Shown here: piece by piece, positions 37,976-50,951 of the stretch
Numbering within the stretch: the stretch's first letter is position 1
Layout of the letters: each line of letters opens with the position of its first letter
Source of the DNA: Mobula hypostoma
Taxonomy: Eukaryota
Assembly (NCBI RefSeq): GCF_963921235.1
Contig: NC_086109.1
Coordinates: 19,470,001-19,534,000, forward strand
Reading direction: 5' to 3'
DNA length: 64,000 nucleotides
Position numbers and translations under genes: made by a program
The notes under the pieces: generated by a model
The model's database searches: none
The model's input: only the letters and a program-made list of their open reading frames with translations
Told to the model about the DNA's origin: nothing

Positions 37976-38960
37976 GACTGCCAAGAACAGAGCTGAAAGG
38001 AAACGGGCAGATGTTCATATTGGTAAGATATGACAAGAGAGGTCCAGTTGGGATTTTTGTTGGGACATTATTCACCATATTTATAATTGACTGAGATGAT
38101 ATGATGAAAGGCAGTATGTTCAAGCGCTGAAGGCAGAAAGATGGATGGACCTGCAAACATTATAGATAGCAGCAATAAATTGCAAAAAGATAGACCGCAA
38201 ATCAGTAGCAAAAGCAGGCAAAACTGCAGCAAATCAATTTCAAAGTCGATGAATGTGAGGTCAATATTTTGGATAGAAAGTTTAGAATAGTGTACTTTCT
38301 GAATTTAGTAAAAAGATATAGGAGCAGTAGATATCTGAAATAATGTATTGGGCTGGGTACAAAGATCATTAAAGTATTTGCAGGCAAAAACAAAAGAATC
38401 ATTGAACAGTTCAGCACAGGAGCCGGCCCTTTGGATTGGGAAGGCTAACAAAATACTGATCTTGGCATCGAGTGGACTGGAGTACAAGGAATTTAAAGTT
38501 GCGTTACAGATGTAAATAGCTCTGATTAGATTACATCTAGAGCACTGAGGGCTGTTCGGATATCAAAGCTTTGGAGTGATATGTTTGCCTCGAAAGGAGA
38601 GGTGCACGAATAACATCAAAGATTAAATTGCAAAGAGAAATTATACAGAGCAGGTTCAGATTTCCTGGAATTTAGAAGTTAAGTGATGATTTGACTGAGC
38701 TTTGGAAAAAAAAACAAATCTGATAAGAATTTCTTTAGCCAGAGGGTGGTGAATCTCAAGAATTCATTACTACAGATAGTGTGGAGGCCAAGTCATTTGG
38801 GGATATTTAAAGTGGAGGTTGATAGATTCTTGATTAATAAGGGTGTTAAAGGTTACAGGGAGAAGGCAGGAGAATGGGATTGAGAGGGAAAATAAATCAG
38901 CCATGATCAAATGATGGAGCAGACTTGATGGGCCGAATGGCCTAACTTATGGTATTATGT
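37975..38960 (+). mobile_element. Old CR1 RT-to-3' remnant with a younger CR1 3' end (38725-38960)
   Basis: tttcaaagtcgatgaatgtgaggtc..ctggagtacaagg..; aagaatttctttagccagagggtggtgaatct. Confidence 0.7.
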
Positions 38961-39019
38961 TATAAGTTACTAATGTAGTCCCTAGTCTGAGTTATTCCTC
39001 GGAGGGAAGGATAAGCAAA

Positions 39020-39128
39020 GCAAGACACACACACACAAAACACTGGAGGAAATCAGCAGGTCAGGCAGTATCTCTGAAAATAAATAAAAGAGTCAATGTT
39101 TTGGCCCGAGACCCTTCTTCAGGAATGG
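39020..39128 (-). mobile_element. PLE terminal remnant with a decayed hammerhead
   Basis: Minus strand cctgaagaagggtctcgggccaaaacattgact. Confidence 0.7.
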
Positions 39129-39664
39129 CATAAACAAATGGCAATGAATATGTTTAACATGAAGTCAAGGGCTTTATAGAGAGCTCCAAACACCCTGAAA
39201 AGGTGACAAGTTGCTTGTTAAAAAAGTGGTTTTGATGACTGAAAATAGGTCAGTGTCTGTTTGTGTCCTATCAGTTCAAACTAAGTAATTAAAATCTGTA
39301 TATTGCTATCTGCCCACAAATCAATAACCTGCTGTCAACATTGCAAGTATCACCAAATACAGTGTACATTACATTTACTGTATTGCTTTTCCATGCTGCT
39401 GGCTAACTATTAAATGGTGCCGCAGAGACACAGTATGAGGCTGCAACATTAGCGTCAGGAAGCCTGGAGGCAACAGGAGAAGTACTTGATCCCTCAGTGC
39501 TCATATATTTAGCAGTGGACTGTGGTTAATTATAAAGGGATGGCTTCCCAAATGATTATTTTCCTCAATGCTACGGTGGAATTGCATCTGCAAGACTAAT
39601 TTTGACTTATTTATGTGATCTATTTTTTAATGAGAATGAAGATATTATATAGAATGGAAAATCA

Positions 39665-40245
39665 TACACCGATCAATAAGGCATTGGCCAGACCGCACTT
39701 CGAGTATTGTGAACAGTTTTGGGCCCTTTGTCTGAGAAAAGATGTACAGGCATTGGAGAGGGCCCAGAGCAGGTTCTCGAGAATGATTCCAGGAATGAAA
39801 GGGAGCATTTGATGGCTCTGAAGCTGTACTTACTAGAGTTCTTGAAGAATGAGGGGGAATCTCACTCAACCCTATCAACTATTGAAAGGCCTAGATAGAG
39901 TGTAGGTGGAGAGGATATCTCCAACAGTGGGAAAGTCTAGGGCTAGAGAATGCAGCCTCAGAATAGAGGGACGTCCATTTAGAACAGAGATGAGGAGGAA
40001 TTTCTTTAGTCATAACATAGTGAGTCTCTGGACTTCATTACTACAGACAGCTGTGGAGGCCAAGTCATTGAGTATATTTAAAGCGAAGGTTGATAGGTTC
40101 CTGATTAGTCAGGATATCAAATGTTACAGGGAAAAGACAGGAGAATGGGATTGAGAGGGATAATAAATCAGTCATGATCAAATGGTGGAGCAGACTTGAC
40201 GGTCCAAATGGCCTAATTCTGCTCCAATGCCTTACAGTCTTATAA
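39665..40245 (+). mobile_element. CR1 3' fragment
   Basis: KALARPHFEYCEQFWA..; RTEMRRNFFS. Confidence 0.85.
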
Positions 40246-40391
40246 ACATCTCTGAAGATGAATAATTTGTTGTTTATCCCTTGAATTTTTCTTTTATTTT
40301 GCCTTGCTGTGGGGCAATGGAATGGTACTACAAATACATCCTCCAAGTAGTCAGTTGTCATGCAGATGTCCAACTGGAGAGAGTTTTCTTC

Positions 40392-40833
40392 ATGTACACT
40401 GTTGTAACACATAGTCATTTGAGTTACTGACATCTTCTTGTCAGCTTAAACCAATCTGGCCAATTCTCCTATGACCTCGCTCATTAACAAGGTATTTTTG
40501 CCCACAGAACTGCCGCTCATTGGGTGCCTTTATCTTTGTTTTATCATGTTATTCCCTGTGAACTCTAGAGGCTGTTGAGCATGAAAATCCCAAGAGAACT
40601 GCAGTATCCAAGATACTCAAACCACCCCATCTGGCACCAACAATCATTCCTTGATCAAAATCTCTCAGATCACATTTCTTTCCCATTCTGACGTTTGGTC
40701 TGAACAATATCTGAATCTCTTGACCATGTCTGCGTGCGTTTATGCATGGAGTTGTTACCACATAAATGGCTGATTAGATATTTGCATTAATGAGCAGGTG
40801 TACATGCGAACCATATAAAGTGGCCACTGAGTA
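40392..40833 (-). mobile_element. Tc1-like deletion derivative, partial
   Basis: MGKKCDLRDFDQGMIVGARWGGLSILDTAVLLGFS; TIR ataaagtggccactgagt. Confidence 0.85.
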
Positions 40834-41439
40834 CACATTTACCAAACATATTTCCACACAGTAAAACAGCTCAGGACTTATCGTGAGTGATGAGCAACCA
40901 ACCTGTCACCAAGGCACAAGACGAGACACTGAGACAAGTTAACCAAAAATGAGTCTTAATTTGAAAGTCTGGGAAAAAAAAATACCAATTCCCCAAGTCA
41001 ATACACTTTAGCTGTTCCTGTTGGTACCGTCCCAGATTCCTGCCTTGTTTCGGTTTAACCCATCTGCTTTTCCCATATGTAAACAAACACTTTTTTCCTA
41101 GACAGATATTATGTAAAAATAAATTGTTCTCCTTTGAAACACATATAACACAGTGGAAAACAGTGTTGACTGTTAGCTCCCTTTGGGATTGAATTACTGG
41201 TAGTACTGTGAAATAATGATGGTTCCTGTTTGAAGATTATTTCTCTGCACTTAACAGAAGCCACCACCAGGAATAATGCAATTGATCAACAAATTTGCTT
41301 AATTCTGGTATGCCTGCCTAATGATAAACACCAGATCAAAATGATATTGTCAGTGGCTACATCCTGAGAGACAATGGGAAGCTTAATTGGATGAGACAAA
41401 GCCAATGGACGAGCCTGTAAGTGAGTTATATATGCAAAA

Positions 41440-42180
41440 GGTTAGAAGAACTCAGCAGGTCAGGCAGCATCTATGGAAATGAAAAAAGCAGAGTGCATTT
41501 TGGACTGAGACCCTTCTTCAAGACTGGAGGGGAAGGAGAATAATCCAGAATATGAAAATCGTGGGAGGGGAAGGAGTGCAAGCTAGAAGGTGATAGGTCA
41601 AGGCAGGTGAGGGGGAAGGTAGGTGGGTGGGGAGGGGGAATGAAGTAAGAAACAAGGAGATAACAGGTTAAAAAGTAAAGGGGCTAGAGAAGAAGAAACC
41701 TAATAAGCGAGTGGATCATGAGAAAAAGGGAAGGAGGAGGGGCACCAGGGAGGTGAGGAGAAGAGAAGAGGTAAAAGGAGAGCTAGAGTAGGGAATGGAA
41801 GAAGGAGAAAGGGGGCATGCGAAAGGTTACCTGAAGTCAGAGAAATCGGTGCCCATGCCATCAGGTTGGAGGCTAGCCAGATAGAATATGAGGTGTTGCT
41901 CCTTCAACCTGAGAGTGGACTCATCGTGGCAGTAGAGGAGGCCATGGACTGAGATGTTGGAATGGAAATGGGGATTGCAATGAAAGTGGTTGGCCACCAG
42001 GAAATCCTGTTAGTTGCAGACAGTGTTTAAGTGCTCGACAAAGCAGTCTCCCAGTATACGTCGGGTCTCACCGATGTAGAAGAAGCCACACCGGGAGCAC
42101 CGGATACGGTAGATGGCCCCTACAATCATGCAGGGGAAGTGTTGCCTCAACAGAAAAGACTTTCTGGGGCCCTGAATGGA
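41440..42180 (-). mobile_element. Older PLE 3' fragment (GIY-YIG plus terminal repeat)
   Basis: Colinear with 18540-19266 (catgccatcaggttggaggcta..cgggagcaccggata..ctggggccctgaatgg); decayed hammerhead at about 41490-41527. Confidence 0.85.
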
Positions 42181-42789
42181 GATCGGCTACAGAGTCTACA
42201 CACTCACATGGAACTGGTTATCATAGTAATGAAAACCAGGAGTGAGTAGGAGGTAAGTAATGGCAGATTAATGAGAAAAGACAGACATTTGCCCAGTCAA
42301 GCTCACCCCATGCATAATTCACATGTGGAGCACATGATTCAAAGTGCTCAACTGAATATGATACCAATCCTGAAGCAGTTTTCAAGGAGCAATAGATTGT
42401 CTTCACTCTTGTTTAATCATGTCAGGGTTTCTGGGGCAGGGTCTTCATACCCCTCCCACCCCAGTCACTCTTTCGTCTCCTTTCTCCCATGAAGCAGAAG
42501 GTACAAATCTCACAAGGACGTACAGTAGACTCAAGGAGAGCTTCAGACTCCTGAAAAGTCCTCTCAAATGCTAAGAGATTAATTCCAGATCTCCGGAACT
42601 CACAACTTTCCTCAATGCAGCCTGTGCACTTTATTTATCGACCTGCACTGCACTTTCTCTGTAACTACAACACAAAATTCTGCATTCTGTTTCTGTTTCA
42701 ACTACCTCGATGAAATTATGAGAGGCATTGTCTGTCTGGATGCCATGCAAAACTAAACCTTTTCACTGCATCTCAGTACCTGTGGCAGG

Positions 42790-43395
42790 AGTACGATCAC
42801 TTGGGTCAAGTATAGTGTTCTCCTAAGGGGTTGTCTATAACTGGGTCTTCAGGTGGCTGTACAGACTGATCCAGGAACCACATATTCTGAGATGTTAGGC
42901 AAGATTCCCTTAACAGAGAGCGCCTGTGTGTGACTTTGTTTAACGTGGGAAGGCAGAGGCATGGGCAGCCATCGCATGGTCAAAGTTCAAAGTTCAAAGT
43001 GCATATATGTCACCATATACAATCCCGAGATTCATTTTCTTGTGGGCATACTCAATAAATCAATAATAGAATTATAATCAAAAGAGAATCAATGAAACCA
43101 ATAATAAAATCAATGACAGAATGGGATCAGGGTCCAGTGGCAAGAAATACAAGATGACTGGGGATCCTTCACTGCTGCAGCTGTCTTCTGCCTTCACAAC
43201 TGTTGCGATGTGCCATCTTCCGCTAGTTCCCCATTGAGGTCTTGATTGGGTTGCTCTTTGTCCACCCCCTTTGACTTACCCCCATGGATGATCCAACCAG
43301 GAGCTAAGCACCAGATGGCTAAACCCCAGATGGCATTGGTCTTGAGATCACAGGAACGCACAAGCCTCTCCACCCCGTCAAGGTGACGATCCAGT
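42790..43395 (-). mobile_element. Probable RTE-derived non-autonomous element with a small Rex-type insert (about 42980-43112)
   Basis: caagcctctccaccccgtcaaggtg resembles, from recall, the antisense of an RTE 5' end; insert has an (aagttca)n tail. Confidence 0.4.
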
Positions 43396-44339
43396 CCAAT
43401 CAATCCAATACCTCAGTGCCCAAGGCCAGCTCCTGGGTGCAAGGGCCAAAAATGTGGACTGGTTAGATGTGAGCTTAGGTATGCCCAAAAACACAAGGGC
43501 AGGACACTGCAACTTTGAGTTGTGGACTGGTAAGTGAGGAGGGCTGGCGTTGGAGGAGAGAGATTTCAATAGTAGGACAGGAGAACAAAACCTTGGATAG
43601 GTTAAAGAAAAATCTCATAAAAAAGTGAAAAAGCCACAAAGAATTTCAGGGAAAGGATTCCTGATACCTGATAAAATGAACTCAAACCTAAAGCTTTGTA
43701 ACATACACACAACTCTGTCCTGTCCCAGAATCAGTGCAAATTCATAATCTGGGCTAATTTGCAGTCAAATTTAATCTGTTGATTTTTTTCTCTGGCTGCA
43801 AGTAATCAATATATTAATCACTGTAGCTTCCAAGGCAATAGAAACATGAGTCATCAATTGACCAGTTTACTGTGGGAGACTGATTAACCTGTAGCATGTC
43901 TTCTTATACATGAGGCAGTCGCAAATTTAATTAAGTCTTCCTTCCCTTGCTACCTTAATTAATAGAAATGATTCTTGTCTGCAGCACAAAGCTAAATAAA
44001 GTTTCAATCTCCTTTCATGCATTTAACATTGATAAGCATATCTCTCTTAAGAAGAGATTGTGGATAAGTCTGTTCATGGCACAGTCTGGAGGAGGGAAGG
44101 ACTGATTGGTGAACCAATAGCACAGGATCCGAATACTCCTTCCATGCCAGTAACTGACTCCATATCAGACAACTGGGTGATTTTTTTTATATGGTAAGAG
44201 GGTTTTATGATCTAGCATTAGCTGAACGAAGAAGGAGAAGCCATACTAATTAGAATAGAAATATCTATGCTGGATTCAAAGCTGCGACCCATGGCCATGA
44301 CACACCTCAGCTGTAATTCCTCTTAAGAAAGGATTGTCC

Positions 44340-44846
44340 TATAGATAGATAGATATACTTTATTGATCCCGAGGGAAATTGGGTTTTGTTACAGCTGCAC
44401 CAACCGAGAATAGAGCATAAATATAGCAATACAAAAACCACAAACAATCAAACAACAATATGCAAACTATGCCAGATGGAAATAAGTCCAGGACCAGCCT
44501 ATTGGCTCAAGGTGTCTGACCCTCCACGGGAGGAGCTGCAAAGTTCGATGGGCACAGGCAGGAACAGCCTCCCATGACGCCCAGTGTTGTATCTCGGTGG
44601 AATATGGCCGGAGTCCAACAGCAAAAAGTTCAATATCCAGGCTACAAACACGTTCCTCGATCGTAATATGACCAGGATTGCACCATCCGTTGTTAACCAG
44701 AACAGCAAGCCCCCAACTCCTTTACGCTTACCGCTCTCAGTGCACTTCTGGTCAGCCCGAACGGTTTGGAAGCCCTCCATGGAAAAGTTTTGGTCGGGTA
44801 TGTCCTTGTGCAGCCCCGTTTCAGTAAAACACATAACATTGCACTC
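44340..44846 (-). mobile_element. Internally deleted Rex1-type LINE (APE endonuclease start fused to 3' end)
   Basis: CFTET.LHKDIPD..MEGFQTVRAD..SGKRKG followed directly by IPPRYNTGRHGRLFLP..GGSDTLSQ; (ctat)n tail. Confidence 0.85.
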
Positions 44847-44849
44847 AAG

Positions 44850-45220
44850 AAACAGGTTGGGTCTGTGTTCTTTGGAACTTAGAAGAATGAGGAATGATCT
44901 TATTGAAACATGAAGGATGCTAAGGGGGCATGAAAGGATAGATGTTTTAACTAGGGGGGAGTCTCAACCAAGGGGACATAATTTCAAGTTAAAGGACCAG
45001 CCATTTAAACCAAGAGGCATAGAAGTTTCTTTTAGCAGACAATGGTGAATCTTTGGTATTCTGAGAGTTGTGGAGGCTAGTTTTTAAAGTGGAGGTAGAT
45101 GCATTTGTAAAAGACCATGAAATTGAGGGATTTGGTTGGGCAAAGGAGATGCACCCTGGGGTAGATCAATTGATATCATATTGAATGGCAGGACAGGTTT
45201 GAGAGGTTAGGTTGCATACT
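44850..45220 (+). mobile_element. Old CR1 3' fragment
   Basis: RLGLCSLELRRMRNDLIET. Confidence 0.75.
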
Positions 45221-46242
45221 CATCCCTCTCTTTTCTTGTGTTCCTGATTTCTTGAGTTTTCTTTCACCCCACGTCAAATGCTGAAGACTCTCTTCAGGCT
45301 TGAGCATAAAAAGCAAGGACTGCACGCCAAAGTTCAAGTTCAAAGTACATTTTATTATCAAATTATGCATACTTTATGCAACCTTGAAATTCATCTCCTT
45401 ACAGGAAGCCACGAAACAAAGAACCTCAATAGAACACATTGAAAACAAAAGAACTCTGTCATGCTTGAAAGTGGGCAGAAAGAGAAAAAAAATCATGCAA
45501 ACAATAAAAACGAGCAAACTGATTTCAGAACTGAAGTTCACAACACCAGGCATCACTGCAGCTAGCCCAATCGTTCACTACTTACAGGCCACAGCCTCAG
45601 TCCAGCACAGATTTGAGCAAAAAATACGGAATTGAGGCAAGATAACAAAACGCTTTGATGTGTTGTCAAAGCAAGACCTGTGCTAGAGGTGAAAGATTCC
45701 ACAATATTCACCGAAGAGCAACAGATTCTCACAGTTTCCTTGCTAAGACTTATTTCTCACCCACCTTCACCTCAAAGGTAATGATCAAGTCAATCTATCT
45801 TATCAATGTCAGTGGGATATCACTGAGTGCATTGCATCTGCACTTCACAGAATTTGCCATGTTGAATTTTAATTATACTTCTTTGTTGTGAAGCATTTTG
45901 GGATGTTACGAAAGATTTTATATACGTACAACCTATTTGTGTAAGAGCAGTTTGCATGACACTTTACAGCCAATGATCTGAGTTCAATTCCCGCCACTGC
46001 CCGTAAGGAGTTTGTACATTCTCCCTGTGACCGCATGGGTTTCTTCTGGTTCTCCAGTTTCCTCCCACCTTTCAAAGATGTACCGTGTTACTAAGTTCTG
46101 AGCAGCACTTGCAGTCAGCCCCCAGTGCATCCTCAGGCTGTGCTACTTGTTTACACAAACAATGCATTTCACTGCATATTTCGATATCACAATGTACCTG
46201 TGACAAATAAAGCAAATCTTCATAAAATTCTTTCTACATAAG

Positions 46243-46780
46243 GGCGCCATGGTTGCATAGCAGATAGCTCAATTCTATTACAGCTCAGGGCATCGGTGTT
46301 TGGAGTTCAGTCCCTCTGTCCCTTTGTAAGGGATTTGTATGCTCACCCCATGGGGTTTGTGGGTTTTCCCTGGGTGCTTCAGTTTCTTCCCACAGCCCAA
46401 CGATTTAGCAGGTGGCCAAGTGGTTAAGGCATTTGTCTAGTGATCTGAAGGTCGCTAGTTCGAGCCTCAGCTGTGGCAGCATGTTTTTGTCCTTGAGCAA
46501 GGCACTTAACCACACAATGCTCTAGTGTCTGTGCGATGAGCGGGGCCCCACACAGACTTCCAGTCTGCGCCTTGTAAGGCATGAAAATGCCCGACGCAGG
46601 CCTCTCATGGTCTGAATCGGCATTCCCCTACCAGGTAGGTTACTAAGTCATTGTAAATTGTCCTGTGATTAGGTTAGGGTTTAGGGGGGGTTGTGGGTTT
46701 GCTGGGGCAGCATGGCTTGAAAGGCCAGAAAGGTCTACTCTACACTATATCACTAAATAAATACATAAATATAAATGATA
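46243..46780 (+). mobile_element. HE1-like V-SINE hosting a CORE-SINE
   Basis: ctattacagctcagggc..gggttttccctgggtgcttcagtttcttcccacagcccaa; CR1-type tail and (taaa)n; uninterrupted relative at 52001-52298. Confidence 0.75.
46408..46630 (+). mobile_element. tRNA-derived CORE-SINE, tail type B
   Basis: Head gtggccaagtggttaaggc..tagttcgagcctcag and CORE match the 24426-24738 copy, but the 3' half differs. Confidence 0.85.
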
Positions 46781-48524
46781 CCAATATATGGCAGATAAAT
46801 GACTATCTTTATCACAATATAGCCACGATGATGATCAGTAGTCAAAAATTTTCTCTAGTCAATGTTTCTAGCATGTTTGTTTATTGTGTTGTTATATTTA
46901 GAAACTAGAGGGACAGATCGCCACAGGTTATGAAAGCATGGGCCATAACAGCACTCTATTTATTTTAACAGGCTGTGCACTGACTGACAACTCTGGGAGT
47001 TTGCTAGAAAGCATTATGTGTTGCTTTCCAAAGGAGTTGTGAAGCATTGATATCACAGCTTTATAATTAGATCCATTGGTGAGAGCTTGCTAATGTGGGC
47101 TTTTTATTTGATTTTTTTCCCACTCTCTTCTTTAAGGCAATTCCCTTTCACTGGTATAAAACTCCACTTGCACGCACCCCCCCACTCAACACCATCATCC
47201 TCCCGTGCAACTTTCCACTTTTAAACTGCTGCTAGAAATGATCATTTTTAACCGACCCACCTAATATTTCATCAGTTAAACTTCTAATAACGTCTCCTGA
47301 GAAGAGCTTTGGGATGCTTTTTTATATAAAAGCTATATTCAAGTGTAGGATATTTTGTTCTTTTGCATTATCTTATTCCAGTTGTATATCAGGGCAACTG
47401 TGTATGGAATCCAAGAGTAATGTATGTCTATGTAGCTTCCAGGGTGTCCCAAAGGAATTCTTATTATACAATAGACAACTCACCAAGGAAGAGCTCACAA
47501 CAGCGAAGAAGAACTCTGCTTGATGAGGAAGGTTTTTATAAGCATGTTTTCAGGGTGTACCAACGAATTTATAGAGATCACAAAACCTGCCTGTTCTGCT
47601 TTCTGATTGGATCACAACTGCTCTGTACCTCAGTTGCATTTATCTCCCTGTAGTTCCTACCCATGTCAGCTTCACTGAATATCACCTTCTCAAACTAATA
47701 AGTTTGGCTTGATCTCCCGCACCATCACCAACAACCCCCCCACCCCACCTTCCAACACCATCTCCTCCCTATGTTCATACAAAGCTTTTGAAGGAGGAAG
47801 AGATTTTTAGATATTCTCTACCGGAAGCATGGCGACTTTCACGGTTTACCCCCTGCGCGTCCTCGGACTGTGTTGGCTGTTACACGTTTCACTGTATGTT
47901 TCGATGTTTTGATGTACTGTGCATGTGACAAAGAAAGCTAATCCCTTTAATCTATAAATCTTTACAGGTGACCTTCTCTTTTTCCAATTTCTTCTGTTCC
48001 ATAGAGAGAATTATTGGTAGAATATGAATAGGAACCCTGGATTTCTTCTATAACGTTGCCTTCATTACCGTTCCACCTCAAGTCAACCTCTAACTATCCC
48101 TGAAACGTCATTATCTGTACAGGTGAAATAAAGGGAGGAAGAACCGAATGAAATGAAAATATTCCATCCCAGGACCAACGTCTATTACCTGGACAAGAAC
48201 TTGGTACTTGTCAGTGTATCAGTAACTCACAAATGTCACAAAGGCTGTTAATGGCATCAGAAGCTTTTACTGCACAGTTGTGGATCCCTTACAGATGATT
48301 AATGAGGCAGGTTAAAGGACAAGGGGAGGCAAGGTTATCTTAGATCACTGGGGAAATGCTGCAGCTAAAAAAAGATCACTCTTGTGTCCTATTTGACAAA
48401 GATGTAGCAATGCCGGCTGCTGCAAGGAAAGAGGAGAGAAAAAAAGAGTAAAAAGACAGCACCCTGTATGTTATGGAGGCTGTTGTGCAAAGAAACCTTG
48501 CATCTCCTCCATGGGTTACAAAGG

Positions 48525-49260
48525 TCCAACTTATGGTTTTGTGGCCAAGTTTGCAGACAATACATTATGAGGAATACATTTTGAGGAATCAGTGAGTCTG
48601 ATTGGTAAGGAAAGCAAATGCCATGTTAACATTCATTTCGAGGGACTAGAATGTAAAACCAATGATGTAATGATGAGGATTTATAAGGCGTTGTTCAGAC
48701 TGCACTTGGAGTACTGTGAGCAGTTTTGGGATCCATAACTAAGAAAGGATGTACTGACATTGGAGAGGTCCCAGAGGCGGCATATGAGACTGATCCCAGG
48801 AGTGAAAGGGTTAACACATGCAGAACATTTGTTTGCTTTGGGCCTGTACTCACTGGAATTTAGAAGAAAGGGGGGAATCTCATTGAAACCTACTGATTAT
48901 TGAACGTCCTAGATAGAGTGGACATGCAGAGGATGTCTCCAATATTGGGAGAGTCTAGGACTAGAGGGCACAGCCTCATAATAGGACATTCATTTCGAAC
49001 AGATATGAGAAAAATTTCTTTAGCTGGAGGAGGGAGAATCTGTGGAATTTATTGCTACATATGGCAATGGAAGCCAAACCATTGGGAATATTTAAAGCAG
49101 AGATTCATAGGTTCTTGTCCAGTAAAGGTATCAAAGGTTATGGGGAGAAGACAAAAGAATAGGATTGAGAGAGGAAATAAATCAGCCATGATCAAATGTT
49201 GGAGCGGACTTAACGGCCAAATGGCCAGTTCTTTTCCTTTGTCTAATGGTCTTATGTACA
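48525..49260 (+). mobile_element. CR1 fragment, internally deleted
   Basis: gtggccaagtttgcagacaatac (AKFAD) ..cacttggagtactgtgagcagttttggg..SRTRGHSL. Confidence 0.8.
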
Positions 49261-49654
49261 ACTTGTATATACAATGGAGCATGTGAGTGATCTGCAGGGT
49301 GGATTTGCCGATGGCTGTAGGTCAAAAGCCTGGGAACTCCATTCATGGCCCCCTTTCCGACCTGTGAACTGACTGGGTTAGGAATAGTTCACAGGAACCT
49401 GCCCTAAACTGGGGAGGAGATGTAGAAATGTACAGATAGATGCATACATTTAGCATCTGCAACATGCAATAATACAGTGGCTTATATTTCATAAAAGATT
49501 GCAAACTGCTTCAGAGGAGCATTAGCAAAGACGTTGCCACTCCATTTGAAGCTCTTCTGTAGTAGTAGATGACCCAGCAGACAAGCTGGGAAAAGGATCC
49601 AAAGGTGTGCTCAGTAGTTCCTTGAAGAAGTGTCCCAACTCCATTAACTCTTGG

Positions 49655-50405
49655 GAATCCCTCACAGGCCGGGACATGCCCTCTTCTCATTACTACCATC
49701 AAGGGGAGGGTACAGGAGCCTGAGGACTCACACTCAGCTTTTTAGGAGCAGCTTCTTCCCCTCCGCCATCAGATTTCTCAACTGTACATGAAACATGAAC
49801 ACTGCCCCATTATTTTCCTTTCTCTTTGTTTTGTTAATTTGTTTATTTTTATATATTTCTTATTGTTACTTACAGTAGTTTTTATATATATATATATAAT
49901 GTGTTTTACTGTCCTTTTGGACCAAAACAAGAAATTTGGCCCCCAGCCCTTTCCTTTACCATTCCCTTCTCTCACTTTATCTCCTTACCTGCCCATCGCC
50001 TTCCTCTGATGCTGCTCCCCCCTTTCTTTCTTGCATGGCCTTCTATCCTCACCTATCAGACTCCCCCTTCTCCAGCCCTGGTACCTCTCTCACCAATCAA
50101 CTTCACAACTCTTTATTTCACATTCCCCCCCCTCCCCAAGGTTTCACCCATCACCTTGTGTTTGTCTCTCCCCTCCCCCACCTTTTAAATCTACTCCTTA
50201 TCTTTTTTTCTCTACAGTCCTGTTCAGGGGTCTCAGCCCGAAACATCAACTGTTCTTTTTTTTTCCATAGATGCTGCCTAGCCTGATGAACTCCACCAGC
50301 ATTTTGTGTGTGTTGTTTGGATTTCCAGCATCTGCAGATTTTCTCTTGTTTGAAAATTCAGGACATATGTCTGTGATAATAATGCTGGTTCTGATTCTGA
50401 TTCAT
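49655..50405 (+). mobile_element. Rex1-type 3' end with a nested older PLE terminal repeat (about 49935-50352)
   Basis: ggacatgccctcttctcattactaccatcaagg..; inner cagtcctgttcaggggtctcagcccgaaacatcaactg..gatttccagcatctgcag; host resumes catatgtctgtgataataa(ttctga)n. Confidence 0.7.
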
Positions 50406-50951
50406 TGACCTTTGACCTGCTAAATATTCTGGATAGCATTGATAACCTTGTGCCTATGCATGGGGACTGAACACAAGTCCTGATGTTAGCGGCAATAGAA
50501 GCTCACCTGGCCAGCTATATCCCTCTATAGTTCCCATATTCACCTCATTAGCCACTATAGACCCCAGAAAACTGAGGTGGAAGCAAGTTATGTCACCCTC
50601 AAGGGTCTGCCTAAGAAGAAAATCAAATAAAATCTGAGGAAAGCAGATAGGGAGACACTAATTTAAGGAAGTCAGATAATAAAGATATCAGAAAGTTGAA
50701 GATATTAGGAAAGTCAGAATAGGAAAATCAGGGATGCCTGAAAGGCTTCACGTGGGGGCTTTGGGTTATTGGACTTGAACCTGGACTGATCAGGAGACCA
50801 GGTAGTGATTGATGGAAGGGTGGTGTGTAGAACCTGAGTGAATTGAGGGCTACCAGAAGGGAGGCTAGTCGAAGGGGTAGGATGGGGCCCAGCCAAAGGG
50901 ATTCAGAGGGGATCCTGATCTGCAGGGCATTTAGTGAGCTGGGTGAGGTTA

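Noticed and set aside
43250..43395. HDV-like ribozyme at a putative RTE 5' end, also near 12950-13140
   Set aside because: Known for some RTE elements, but I could not assemble the nested double pseudoknot by eye; needs a descriptor search
47443..47532. Possible exon after ttccag (VSQRNSYYTIDNSPRKSSQQRRRTLLDEE)
   Set aside because: Weak polypyrimidine tract, no convincing donor site and no recognisable protein
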